This document shows, one piece after another, positions 7,453 to 15,846 of a stretch of DNA of 36,879 nucleotides. The stretch's first letter is position 1. Each line of letters starts with the position of its first letter. The stretch is from positions 1 through 36,879 of the IMG/VR virus record IMGVR_UViG_3300045988_121423, one strand, 5' to 3'. Under the pieces are notes generated by a model, which had not been told where the DNA came from, ran no database searches, and saw only the letters and a program-made list of their open reading frames with translations. Position numbers and translations under genes: made by a program. Source of the DNA: a virus.

Positions 7453-9867
7453 CTATCCTCTCGTCCTCGTCGGGTTCGCGCGCTTCGCCGCCAGCACGAG
7501 GTTGACGAAGTCCTCCAGCGTGGCGAGGTCGCGCAGCTGCTCCATGCTCACCGTCACGTCGCCTATGTTGTAGACGACCGTGCCGCCGGCCCGCGCATCC
7601 GCCCCTCGCGCCGCCAGACGGCGGGCCACGGCGTCCGCGTAGGGGTCCATCTCACGGCCGGACAGCGGCACGACGGCCTCGGGGCCGGCCTCGCCGATGC
7701 CGACGACGCTCGCGCCCATGGCGATGGCGCCGGTTCGGTACCAGCTCACCGAGATGCTCGGCACGCTCGGCGGCATCAGGCTGAACTCGCCGCTCAGGCT
7801 GAAGTGGGGGAGGGCGATGTGCGGGAACTCCAGGTGCAGCCCAGCGAAGAAGCCGCTAATGGCGTCGAGCGCGTTGGACACGGTGCTCTTTGCGCCGCTC
7901 ATGGCGTTCTCTATGACCGACCTGATTCCGTTGAACGCCCCCGACACCGCGCCCGTCACGGCGTTGCACGCGCCGACCGCGACCGACTTGATCGAGTTCC
8001 AGATGCCTGAGAAGACGGACAGGATGCCTTGCAGGATGCCGCTGATGATGCTCGACATGCCGTTCAGGATTCCGCTCACGCCGGAGCTCATCATCGAGAA
8101 GTCTCCGGTGACCACGCCGACGATGAGGCCCAGCACCGTCTGGAAGATGCCCTGTATCACCTGCCAGGCGCCCTGGATGATGGACGACAGCGCCGCCATC
8201 ACGTTGGTGACGGTCGCGAGGATCGTCGCGAACACGTTGGCGACCGTGTCCATGATCGACGTGAGCACCGGCACGACGATGGCGATGATGACGGTGAGCG
8301 CCGCCTCGATGATGGGCAGCAGCACGTCCATCGCCGCCTGCACGGTCAGAACCAGCTGGTCCACGAACGCCTGGACGTACGGCGCCAGGAACGCGCATAT
8401 CTCCTGAACCTTCGCGCTGATGGCGTCGACGGCGGCCAGCACCGTGGCTCGGAACGTCTCGGACGTGTTCCACAGCGTCACCAGGACGGCCACCACGGCG
8501 GCTATCGCGGCCGCCACGGCGAGCGCCGGGGCGAGCGGGACAGCGAAGGCCCCGCCGAGCATGAGCAGGCCCTCGGACAGCGCGGGCAGCATCGCCACCA
8601 CGGAGCCGAACACCACGAGCAGCGGGCCGACCGCCGCGACCAGCGCCAGCACCACGGCTATGGCCGTCTGCGCGCCGGAGGGCAGGGACGCGAACGCCTC
8701 GGCGACGTTGCCGATGACGCCCGCCACGGCGGTGATGGCAGGCGCGAGCGCCGAGCCGAACGCGATGGACGCCGACTCGATGGCGCCGCCCATGTTCTCC
8801 AGCGCCCACGACAGCTCGCCCTTCTGTGCGTTGGCCATCGTCTCCGCGGCGGTCGCGTCGTTGGTCGCGGCTATGTACTTCTGCAGGCCCTCGCTGCCGG
8901 ACTGCATCAGGATGGCGGCGGCTCGCGAGGCGTCGGAGCCGAAGATGGTCTGCAGCGCGGCGTCGCGCTCCGCGTCGCTCAGCGTGCCCAGCTTGCCGGT
9001 CAGCTCGTCGGCTATGCCGGTTATGTCCTTCATCTTGCCGTTGGAGTCGCGGACCTCCAGGCCGTACGCCTCCATGGCATCGGCGGCCTGGTCGGTCGGC
9101 GCGGACAGGCGCTGCAGCATCGTCTTCAGGCTGGTGCCCGCGTCCGAGCCCTTCACGCCGTGGTCGGCGAACAGGGCGAGCGCGGCGGCCGTGTCCTCCA
9201 GGCTCCATCCGGCCAGCGACGCCTGGGCGCTGCACTGGCTCATGGCCTGCGTGAGGTCCGACACGTCGGCGGAGGACGCGTTGGCGGCGCCTGCGAGCGC
9301 GTTGGCGATGCGGGTGGCGTCCCCGGCGCCCAGGCCGAAGCTGCCCATCATCTGCACCGTGGTCTCGGCCGCATCGGCCAGGTTGAGCTGGCCGGCCGCC
9401 GCGAGGTCCATGGACGCCGCGAGCGCGCCGCCCTTGATATCCGCCTCGGTCAGGCCGCCCTTGGCAAGCTCCACCATGGCCTGCGCGGCCTCGGTGGCGC
9501 TGAACACGGTGTCCGAGCCGAGCTGCAGGGCGAGCTGGCGCAGGCCTTCCGTGTCGGCGGACGCGTCGCCGAGCGCTCCCTGCACCTGGCTCATGGCGTC
9601 GTCGAAGTTCGCGGCGACCGAGATGGCGGCGCCGCCAGCCGCCACGATGGGCACGGTGAGCCCGAGCGTCATGGAGCTGCCCAGGTCGGTGATGCCCTCG
9701 CCGAGCGCCTTGGTGGCCGCGCCGCCCTTCTTCAGCCCCTCCCAGTTGAGCTTTCCGTCCTTGCCCTTGATCTCCTCCATGGAGACCTTTATCTTCTTCA
9801 GCCCGGACACGACGCCCTGGTCGTCGAGGCGCGCGAGCACGGAGACGGCGTTGGATGCGCTACTCAT
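7453..9867 (-). CDS. Tail tape measure protein
   Basis: The protein is 804 aa and Ala/Gly-rich, with long helical repeats and hydrophobic GxxxG-type segments. It is encoded directly downstream of the two tail-chaperone ORFs. Confidence 0.85.
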   Translation of the reverse strand: MSSASNAVSVLARLDDQGVVSGLKKIKVSMEEIKGKDGKLNWEGLKKGGAATKALGEGITDLGSSMTLGLTVPIVAAGGAAISVAANFDDAMSQVQGALGDASADTEGLRQLALQLGSDTVFSATEAAQAMVELAKGGLTEADIKGGALAASMDLAAAGQLNLADAAETTVQMMGSFGLGAGDATRIANALAGAANASSADVSDLTQAMSQCSAQASLAGWSLEDTAAALALFADHGVKGSDAGTSLKTMLQRLSAPTDQAADAMEAYGLEVRDSNGKMKDITGIADELTGKLGTLSDAERDAALQTIFGSDASRAAAILMQSGSEGLQKYIAATNDATAAETMANAQKGELSWALENMGGAIESASIAFGSALAPAITAVAGVIGNVAEAFASLPSGAQTAIAVVLALVAAVGPLLVVFGSVVAMLPALSEGLLMLGGAFAVPLAPALAVAAAIAAVVAVLVTLWNTSETFRATVLAAVDAISAKVQEICAFLAPYVQAFVDQLVLTVQAAMDVLLPIIEAALTVIIAIVVPVLTSIMDTVANVFATILATVTNVMAALSSIIQGAWQVIQGIFQTVLGLIVGVVTGDFSMMSSGVSGILNGMSSIISGILQGILSVFSGIWNSIKSVAVGACNAVTGAVSGAFNGIRSVIENAMSGAKSTVSNALDAISGFFAGLHLEFPHIALPHFSLSGEFSLMPPSVPSISVSWYRTGAIAMGASVVGIGEAGPEAVVPLSGREMDPYADAVARRLAARGADARAGGTVVYNIGDVTVSMEQLRDLATLEDFVNLVLAAKRANPTRTRG

Positions 9868-10537
9868 CGGCGCTCACCGCCCGCCCGGCCGCGGCGAACT
9901 CGCTCGCGAAAGCCGACGCCATGGCGTTGTTGGCCGCCGCCATGCGGTCTCCCTCGGGCCGCTCGCCGCGCAGCGCGAAATGGCGCGCCCTGGCGCGGAA
10001 GGCCTCGACGTATTCTCTGTTGTCCTTGGTTTCCTTCGGGCATTTCGCCGTCCGGTAGTAGATGGCCTGCTGCAGCGGGGTCTCCCCGGACTCCATCAGG
10101 CCGGCCACGAGGTCGAGGAACGCGCCGTAGCTCATCGAGCCGGCCACCTCGTCCCAGTTGACGCCGTATGCCTGCAGGAGAGACGCGCGGATGCGCCCGG
10201 CGTCCTCGTCCCAGTCGAACACCGGCTCCTCGCTTCCCGCGGCACCGCGCGTGCCGTAGAGGTCGACGCCCATGGCATCCCAAAGCACGGAGTCCACCAT
10301 GTCCCAGAAGCGCTCGCGCCCCGCCTTCTCCACGGCGGCGGCGAGGTCGGGGAACAGCATGGCGGGCAGCAGCAGCTGCTTGTCCTCCTCGGTCAGCTCG
10401 GCGTCGGCGAACAGCTCGTTCACCAGCATGGCGTTGCGTGCGGAGTCGCACACGTCGAACTGTTCGCCCTCGTATTCGTATGTTGAGCAGAAGCGGCCGT
10501 TAACGGCCTTGCTCTGCGTCGTCAGGCTTCTGCTCAT
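9860..10537 (-). CDS. Tail assembly chaperone, gpT-like; the downstream overlapping frame of the G/GT pair
   Basis: At 225 aa it overlaps the 3' end of the upstream chaperone ORF by 38 nt, in the +1 frame. Its position between the major tail protein and the tape measure protein is diagnostic. Confidence 0.6.
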   Translation of the reverse strand: MSRSLTTQSKAVNGRFCSTYEYEGEQFDVCDSARNAMLVNELFADAELTEEDKQLLLPAMLFPDLAAAVEKAGRERFWDMVDSVLWDAMGVDLYGTRGAAGSEEPVFDWDEDAGRIRASLLQAYGVNWDEVAGSMSYGAFLDLVAGLMESGETPLQQAIYYRTAKCPKETKDNREYVEAFRARARHFALRGERPEGDRMAAANNAMASAFASEFAAAGRAVSADE

Positions 10538-10961
10538 CCGCTACCACATCCTGTAGGTAGTGCACTGCCTTGCTCTGCTTCACGTCGTTCAGGCGGTCGA
10601 AGATTGCCTGGCACACGGTGGCGAATACCTGGACCATGACCAGGTTGCATTGCTCGGGCTTCAGGCGCACGCCGTCGCCGCAAGCCGTCAGGATTGCGTC
10701 GTATGACTCCTCGCCGACGGCGTCCTTGATGACCGGCCCGATGACGTTCGCCATCTTGACGGACAGCTGGTCGAGATTCTTGCGGTTGGCGGTCTTGGCC
10801 TTGATCGAGTCGAGCGCGAGCGCCTTGTCGCGCGCCGCGATGCACTTGGCCGCGATGGCGTTCACGTTGGTGTCCGTGCAGTCGATGGAGCACGTCACGG
10901 TCTCGTCGCCGATCTCCACCTCGAAGCGCTCGAACGATTTCTTGACTTTCAGGGTTCTCAT
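10500..10961 (-). CDS. Tail assembly chaperone, gpG-like
   Basis: The protein is 153 aa and acidic. It is the first ORF after the major tail protein terminator and precedes the overlapping T-frame ORF. Confidence 0.65.
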   Translation of the reverse strand: MRTLKVKKSFERFEVEIGDETVTCSIDCTDTNVNAIAAKCIAARDKALALDSIKAKTANRKNLDQLSVKMANVIGPVIKDAVGEESYDAILTACGDGVRLKPEQCNLVMVQVFATVCQAIFDRLNDVKQSKAVHYLQDVVADEQKPDDAEQGR

Positions 10962-10996
10962 GGTTGCGCTGCCTTCCCATCGTGCGCTGCGACGTT

Positions 10997-11035
10997 AAAA
11001 AAAAGGCCGGGGCTGCAGCGCGTAACCCCGGCCTT
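10997..11035 (-). terminator. Rho-independent terminator downstream of the major tail protein gene
   Basis: On the minus strand the sequence reads aaggccggggttacgcgctgcagccccggcc followed by nine T. It is a perfect GC stem with a T-run. Confidence 0.8.
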
Positions 11036-11067
11036 CTCGGCATGTTCTCCCAGCTGTCGCCCAGCGG

Positions 11068-11778
11068 CTAGGAAGCGCTGACCGTCACCTTCACGACGGT
11101 GGATACGGACGGCTTGGCGGCGCATTTGACGGCGAGTCGCGTCTCGCCGGCCTTCAGGCCCGTCACCACGCCGTCCATCGAGACGCGCGCGATGGCGGTG
11201 TCCTCGATGGCGAACAGGCAGCGCGTGCTCGCGCCCTCCGGCAGGACGGACGGCTTGATGGCCGCCGCGGACTTGTTGGCGGCCACGGTGACCTCCTGCG
11301 CCACGGTCACGCTCTCCGGCAGGAGGACGCCCGCCGCGTCGGTCACGACCGTGGCGACGTCGGAACGGGACAGCGAGCATTTGAAGCTCGCCTTCTCGTT
11401 GGCGGCGCCGTTGGGGCCGTTGGCTGCGATATCGAGGACGGTGCAGGGCGCCTCGATGCACTTGCCGGTCGGGTCGGTGACGCGGTAGCGCGTCTTGCGC
11501 GCGGCGCCGATGCCGTCCTCGATGGAGGCGACGTAATCCTGGAAGGGGTCGCCGATGAGGCGGTGGCCCTCGACGCTGTACTTGGCGTTGACGCCGGTGA
11601 CGTCGGTCTCGGTGTTGCCGCCGCCGTTGTAGTAGGCGTCCTCGCTCGTGCTCTCGCTGTTGTCCTTGCTGATGTCTGAGATGCCGGGGCCGACCCACGC
11701 CCAGGTGCGCTTGTCGCCGTTCGGCGTCGTGTCGACCTCGACCACGTGCTGGTAGTTCAGCGCGAATCCGATGTCCAT
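11068..11778 (-). CDS. Major tail (tube) protein with a C-terminal Ig-like (Big_2-type) domain
   Basis: The protein is 236 aa. Its C-terminal segment ...AIKPSVLPEGASTRCLFAIEDTAIARVSMDGVVTGLKAGETRLAVKCAAKPS... is Big_2-like. A strong terminator follows, and the gene sits upstream of the chaperones and tape measure gene. Confidence 0.8.
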   Translation of the reverse strand: MDIGFALNYQHVVEVDTTPNGDKRTWAWVGPGISDISKDNSESTSEDAYYNGGGNTETDVTGVNAKYSVEGHRLIGDPFQDYVASIEDGIGAARKTRYRVTDPTGKCIEAPCTVLDIAANGPNGAANEKASFKCSLSRSDVATVVTDAAGVLLPESVTVAQEVTVAANKSAAAIKPSVLPEGASTRCLFAIEDTAIARVSMDGVVTGLKAGETRLAVKCAAKPSVSTVVKVTVSAS

Positions 11779-12183
11779 TTAGAGCTCCTTAATCTCGATG
11801 TGCGCGGTGGCCTCGACCACCCACACGTTGCGGCCGCTCTCGTCCCACTGGACGGGGCGCGGCTTCACTGTCTCGATGCGAATCATGCGGTAGCTGCCGT
11901 TGGCGCTGTCCAGCGGCACGGTGCGCAGCGTGCGCTCCGCCAGCAGCGCATCGCCCATGGCGTCCAGCTCCACCCGCCTGGCCACGAACAGGCTCAGGCG
12001 CACGGCCGTGTCGAACGCGAGGTCGAAATAGCTGTCCTCGCCGCCTGGCACGCCTGTGCGGATGGCGCAGAACTCGGCGTGGCGACGGGCGTCCGGCAGG
12101 TACGTGAACACGTCGCGGATGCCCGCGCCCTCCAGGCGAGCCCTCACGACGTCCACGAGGTCGAGCGTCTTGCTCTCGTCCAT
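11779..12183 (-). CDS. Tail terminator or tail completion protein, SPP1 gp17-like by position
   Basis: It is a 134-aa ORF between the neck proteins and the major tail protein. This is a positional inference. Confidence 0.45.
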   Translation of the reverse strand: MDESKTLDLVDVVRARLEGAGIRDVFTYLPDARRHAEFCAIRTGVPGGEDSYFDLAFDTAVRLSLFVARRVELDAMGDALLAERTLRTVPLDSANGSYRMIRIETVKPRPVQWDESGRNVWVVEATAHIEIKEL

Positions 12184-12192
12184 GCGTCCCTC

Positions 12193-12528
12193 CTAGTAGT
12201 CCATGTACAGCCGGCGCGCGAAGTCGCGCAGGTCGCCGCCGTCCTCCCGCGCGCACTTCTCGTCCCAGTGGTCGGTCGTCGCCGGGTCGGTGTGGCGCAT
12301 CGGCTCGTAGTACTGACGCGCCGCGTATGGCGTGTTCCACGTCAGGATGCCCGCGCCGTAGTCGGAGTTGACCGGCTCGCTGGAGCGCAGGATGGTCTCG
12401 CGCACGGGCACGTACTTGCGCATGACGAACGCGCAGCGCCTGGCGTACAGCTCCTGGCGCCTCTTGCACTCGGCCGGCGCGGTGGCCAGGTCGATGCCTT
12501 TGGTCACTATGTCCACGGACACGCTCAT
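12193..12528 (-). CDS. Neck or tail-component protein, HK97 gp10-like
   Basis: The 111-aa product starts MSVSVDIVTKG.... Its start overlaps the upstream stop in an ATGA arrangement, and it lies in the neck gene block. Confidence 0.45.
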   Translation of the reverse strand: MSVSVDIVTKGIDLATAPAECKRRQELYARRCAFVMRKYVPVRETILRSSEPVNSDYGAGILTWNTPYAARQYYEPMRHTDPATTDHWDEKCAREDGGDLRDFARRLYMDY

Positions 12529-12863
12529 CGCAGCTCCACCTCCCAGTGGTGCACGCGGCCCCTTTCGTCCACGTAGCGCGTGCAGGACGACACGCAGCAC
12601 TCGGGGCCGCCGTCGACGCTCACGAGGCTGCCGGCGGGCAGCTCCACGGCCCCCGCGGTGTTCACGGCGTCGACGAACAGCAGCCCGCTCGTGCCGTCCT
12701 GCAGCTGGTAGTCCGTGGCGCGCACGGACGCCTTCTGCTCATAGCGCACGCCCAGCAGCTCCACTGGGTCCGAGAAGCCCTGCCTGCCGCCGTCCTCGGT
12801 CGGGATGCGCGCGGCGGCGCGGCTCGGCAGCAGGCGCTTCGGTATGGGCACCATGGCGATCAT
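12525..12863 (-). CDS. Head-tail joining or head closure protein
   Basis: The 112-aa product starts MIAMVPIPKRLLPSR.... Its start overlaps the connector stop in an ATGA arrangement. The size and position fit the Phage_H_T_join family. Confidence 0.5.
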   Translation of the reverse strand: MIAMVPIPKRLLPSRAAARIPTEDGGRQGFSDPVELLGVRYEQKASVRATDYQLQDGTSGLLFVDAVNTAGAVELPAGSLVSVDGGPECCVSSCTRYVDERGRVHHWEVELR

Positions 12864-13201
12864 CCCAGCCCCTGGTACAGCAGGCCGGAGCCGGACAGCG
12901 CCCGGCGTACGGCCTTGGAGACGTCCGCCTCGTAGGCGCTCCCGCCCTGGCCCTGTTCGATGGTGAGCGAGCCGAGCCGCACGGTGCCCGAGTCGCACAC
13001 GCCGCCGCTGAAGCCGTAGGCCGCGTCCACGTCCAGCGCGGCGCACACTGCGGCCTTGTACGCCGCCACCTGCTCCTCGCCCTCGGGGACGTTGAAGCCG
13101 ATGGCCTCGCGCACCGCGGACGCGGCGGCGGGAAGGTGCGCGCACACCTCGTCCCAGGTGTGCGCCCCCTTGTAGTCCGCGCTGCGCACCTCCGGCAGCA
13201 T
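12860..13201 (-). CDS. Head-tail connector or adaptor protein, gp6/gp15-like
   Basis: The 113-aa product MLPEVRSADYKGAHTWDEVCAHLPAAASAVREAIGFNVPEGEEQVAAYKAAVCAALDVDAAYGF... fits the gp6-like head-tail connector pattern. It is downstream of the major capsid gene. Confidence 0.55.
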   Translation of the reverse strand: MLPEVRSADYKGAHTWDEVCAHLPAAASAVREAIGFNVPEGEEQVAAYKAAVCAALDVDAAYGFSGGVCDSGTVRLGSLTIEQGQGGSAYEADVSKAVRRALSGSGLLYQGLG

Positions 13202-13203
13202 GG

Positions 13204-13434
13204 CTACCCCTCCGTCGGGGCCGCGGGCTTCTTGCGCGTGCGCTTCGCCGGTGCGGGTGCGGGCTGCGGCTCCGGTTCGGGCTCCGCGTCCGGCTTCTCG
13301 GCCTGTTCGGGTTCTGCCTTCTCCGGTTCCGTCTGCGGCTCCTCGGCTCGCTCGGGCTGCGTCTGCTCCTGGCCGACCTCCGCCGGCTTCTCGGCCGGCT
13401 CCTCGGGGAAGGTCAGCCCCACGATGGTGCCCAT
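13204..13434 (-). CDS. Hypothetical acidic Pro/Glu-rich, disordered protein (76 aa)
   Basis: The ORF begins 4 nt after the major capsid stop. Translation is ...PEEPAEKPAEVGQEQTQPERAEEPQTEPEKAEPEQAEKPDAEPEPEPQPAPAPAKRTRKK.... Confidence 0.4.
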   Translation of the reverse strand: MGTIVGLTFPEEPAEKPAEVGQEQTQPERAEEPQTEPEKAEPEQAEKPDAEPEPEPQPAPAPAKRTRKKPAAPTEG

Positions 13435-13437
13435 GCC

Positions 13438-14340
13438 CTACTCCGTCTTGCCGACGTGGGCGTAGATCAGGCCGTTCTTCTGGAGGTACACCAGGAGGTC
13501 GTGGAACAGGCGGTACTGCCACTTGTGGGCCTCGTCGGCCTGGTTCACGTCCGGGCTGAAATAGCGCAGCTTCTCGTGCTTGGAGATTGCCGCGGCGGCC
13601 TCGGGGTGCATGACGATGAAGTTCAGCTTCTTGCCGTCGGCCGCCTTCTCGTAGCCGCCCTTCTCCTCGCCGGAGGTGGTGCCGTCGAGCAGCTTGATGG
13701 CGGAGTAGAAGCGGTCGGCCGCCACACCCACCATCTTCATCTCGTCCCAGGTCGCGAAGTTGGTGTTCGGGGCCTGGCCCGCGGACAGGCGGTACGCGCT
13801 GGACAGGCGCAGCAGCTTCTTGACGTTGCCGGAGTGGTAGAACAGGCACTCGCTCAGCTTTGCGCCGTGGTCCTCCATGCACTGCTCAGCGTCCAGCACG
13901 GCCTTGGCGGTCGCGTCGGCTTCGGCGAGGTCGGCCTGCACCGTGTTGCCGGCCTGCTTGGCCAGCTCGGCGAAGCGCAGCGCGTCCACCTCGGGCACGA
14001 CCTTCGTGCGGGCGAACTCGCCCATGGCTCGGGCGCTGACCAGCTTGGCGCGCTCCTCGTCGTCCAGCACGTCGATGCTGAACTCGCGGTCGCGCTCGTA
14101 GCGCAGCTTGTAGTCCTCCCACTCAAGGGAGATGCCGCCCTTGGTGAAGCCCTGGCCGCGCACGTGGGTCGCCAGGCCGTCCATGTCCATCTTCGCGATC
14201 TTGATGGTGCCGTTTCCGCTCATCTCGCCCAGCAGGTCCTGGTTCATGTTCAGGTCGCCGGTGACGGTCTCCTGCATAATGACCTGGTCCAGTCGGGTGG
14301 TGAACTTCGTGATGAAGGCACCGAGATTGTTTGCAGGCAT
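13438..14340 (-). CDS. Major capsid protein
   Basis: It is 300 aa and immediately follows the scaffold gene. Its size and position are typical of SPP1-type major capsid proteins. Confidence 0.8.
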   Translation of the reverse strand: MPANNLGAFITKFTTRLDQVIMQETVTGDLNMNQDLLGEMSGNGTIKIAKMDMDGLATHVRGQGFTKGGISLEWEDYKLRYERDREFSIDVLDDEERAKLVSARAMGEFARTKVVPEVDALRFAELAKQAGNTVQADLAEADATAKAVLDAEQCMEDHGAKLSECLFYHSGNVKKLLRLSSAYRLSAGQAPNTNFATWDEMKMVGVAADRFYSAIKLLDGTTSGEEKGGYEKAADGKKLNFIVMHPEAAAAISKHEKLRYFSPDVNQADEAHKWQYRLFHDLLVYLQKNGLIYAHVGKTE

Positions 14341-14353
14341 GTCCTGCTCCTTC

Positions 14354-14971
14354 CTAGTTCTTCTTCAGGCCGAACGCGCGGTCGAGCTCCGCGTCGTCGT
14401 CGCCTGCGGTCCCTTCGGGCTTCTTGCCCGTGGTGCCGGTCTGTTTGTCCTTGCCGAACAGGTACGGGCACTCCTCCTTGAGCTTGGCCACGTCGCCGTC
14501 GTAGTCGTCGAGCAGCGCCTTGGCCGCCTTGGCGTTCACGCAGCCCGCCAGTTCCAGCCTGTGGGCCACCTTCTCGTCGTCCAGCTCGGCCTTCATGTCA
14601 TCAAGCTTCTTCTGGAGGTCGTCGCGCCCCTCCTTGGTCTTGGCCGCCTCGTCGATCTGCGCCTGCAATTCGGCGATGCGCTTGTCCTTGGCCGCCAGGT
14701 CGCGCTCGTACTTGTGGCGGTTCACGGTCGCGCCGGACTTGCCGCCCTCGCCTGCTCCGCCGCCGTCTCCGTCGTTGCCCTCCTGGCCATCGCCGCCCTG
14801 CGGCTCCGTGCCGGCGCCCGCCGGCTCGTTGGCCTTGGGCTCGTTGCCCTCCTGGCCCTCGCCGCCCTGCGGCTCCGTGCCGGCGCCCGCCGGCTCGTTG
14901 GCCTTGGGCTCGTTGCCCTCCTGGCCCTCGGTTCCTTCGGCCGCCTTGTTGTCGGGGTCTTGCGCTCCCAT
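14354..14971 (-). CDS. Scaffolding protein
   Basis: The protein is 205 aa. Its acidic N-terminus carries a 23-aa tandem repeat (EGQEGNEPKANEPAGAGTEPQGG x2, from a 69-bp DNA repeat), and its C-terminus is coiled-coil. It is upstream of the major capsid gene. Confidence 0.75.
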   Translation of the reverse strand: MGAQDPDNKAAEGTEGQEGNEPKANEPAGAGTEPQGGEGQEGNEPKANEPAGAGTEPQGGDGQEGNDGDGGGAGEGGKSGATVNRHKYERDLAAKDKRIAELQAQIDEAAKTKEGRDDLQKKLDDMKAELDDEKVAHRLELAGCVNAKAAKALLDDYDGDVAKLKEECPYLFGKDKQTGTTGKKPEGTAGDDDAELDRAFGLKKN

Positions 14972-15114
14972 GTCCGTACCGTCCTTTCCGGTGTTTGGTT
15001 GCCGCGCTTCACTGCGCGCTCGGTCGTCTCGCAGCTGTTGCCGCCGCTGCCGCGCATGGGGCCGTTCCCGCCGCCCCTCGCGATGGTTCGAATGGTCGGC
15101 CGTGTGTCGCCTGG

Positions 15115-15145
15115 CATGAGAAAAGCCGCCCCGTAGGGCGGCTCT
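15115..15145 (-). terminator. Rho-independent terminator between the MuF/toxin-like module and the scaffold gene
   Basis: On the minus strand the sequence is gagccgccctacggggcggc followed by TTTTCT. Confidence 0.7.
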
Positions 15146-15178
15146 GCGTCGGTTCTATGCGGTTGTTTTGCGCTGGGG

Positions 15179-15403
15179 CTAGTCCGGGAACAGCTCCATG
15201 ATCGCGCACCATTCGCTGGTGAGCGCGGGCACGATGCGCGCTGCGCCTGCCGTCTCGTCGATTATCGGCAGCGGGAAGTCTGCCGCCTTGCCGGAGAACG
15301 ATAGCGAGTGGGCGGTGCTTGCGCCGTGCTGGACGGATGCGCCCAATTCTATCGGCATCGCCAGCTCGTCTTGCGTCTTTTTCAGCGCTTCTGCTACGTT
15401 CAT
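15179..15403 (-). CDS. Hypothetical small protein (74 aa); a candidate immunity or partner protein of the upstream hydrolase/toxin-like domain
   Basis: The product starts MNVAEALKKTQDELAMPIELG.... It has a strong RBS (aaggagaaacgATG) and its start overlaps the upstream stop in an ATGA arrangement. Confidence 0.5.
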   Translation of the reverse strand: MNVAEALKKTQDELAMPIELGASVQHGASTAHSLSFSGKAADFPLPIIDETAGAARIVPALTSEWCAIMELFPD

Positions 15404-15609
15404 CGTTTCTCCTTGCAGCATCGCTTTATCAGGTCCGTGAATCTGCGGTCGTCTATGCGCATGCAGTAGGTCTGGTTCTTTTTCGCCGCGGCGAAGTAGC
15501 GGGAGCAGTCTCCGTCGTTGCTCTGCGGGTCCACGAAGCGCGTCGCTCCGTTCACCCTCTCGGCGATGAAAACATGGCCGGAGTTGCCGCCCTTCCATTG
15601 TACGCGCAC
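15400..15609 (-). CDS. C-terminal half of a CHAP/NlpC-P60-like, papain-fold domain (the His-containing half). It is separated from the N-terminal half by an in-frame TGA.
   Basis: The motif ...NSGHVFIAERVNGATRFVDPQSNDGD resembles the CHAP His box GHVxIV. It is in the same reading frame as the MuF gene and ORF 15631..15825. GTG start. Confidence 0.4.
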   Translation of the reverse strand: MRVQWKGGNSGHVFIAERVNGATRFVDPQSNDGDCSRYFAAAKKNQTYCMRIDDRRFTDLIKRCCKEKR

Positions 15610-15630
15610 GATGGCGCGGGCGCCATCCCC

Positions 15631-15825
15631 TCACTGTTCCATCAGCTTCTCGACCTTGCCGCGGGTGTTTGCGCCGCTGTTGCTGAAGCACGGCACGAGG
15701 TCTGCGTTCTCGTACACGTGCGGCCAGCCGTTCTGGTCCGTCATGTAGGGGAGGCGGTCTCCCTTGCCGCCCCGCGGCTTGGCGGTCACATCGAAGCCCC
15801 TGCGGCGTGCTTCGTATGCGCTCAC
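15631..15825 (-). CDS. N-terminal half of the CHAP/NlpC-P60-like domain (the Cys-containing half). It lies in-frame downstream of the MuF stop codon.
   Basis: The translation AFNCQRCVSAYEARRRG...PCFSNSG begins 7 codons after the MuF TAG, in the same frame, and ends at an in-frame TGA. No convincing RBS was found. Confidence 0.35.
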   Translation of the reverse strand: MSAYEARRRGFDVTAKPRGGKGDRLPYMTDQNGWPHVYENADLVPCFSNSGANTRGKVEKLMEQ

Positions 15826-15846
15826 GCAGCGCTGGCAGTTAAACGC

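Noticed and set aside
15610-15630. The in-frame TGA and TAG in the MuF/CHAP-like frame as evidence of genome-wide stop-codon reassignment
   Set aside because: TGA and TAG serve as ordinary, well-placed stops for most other genes in this genome, including many ATGA and TAATG coupled junctions. A global recoding is therefore unlikely, and local pseudogenisation, readthrough or sequence error is more plausible.
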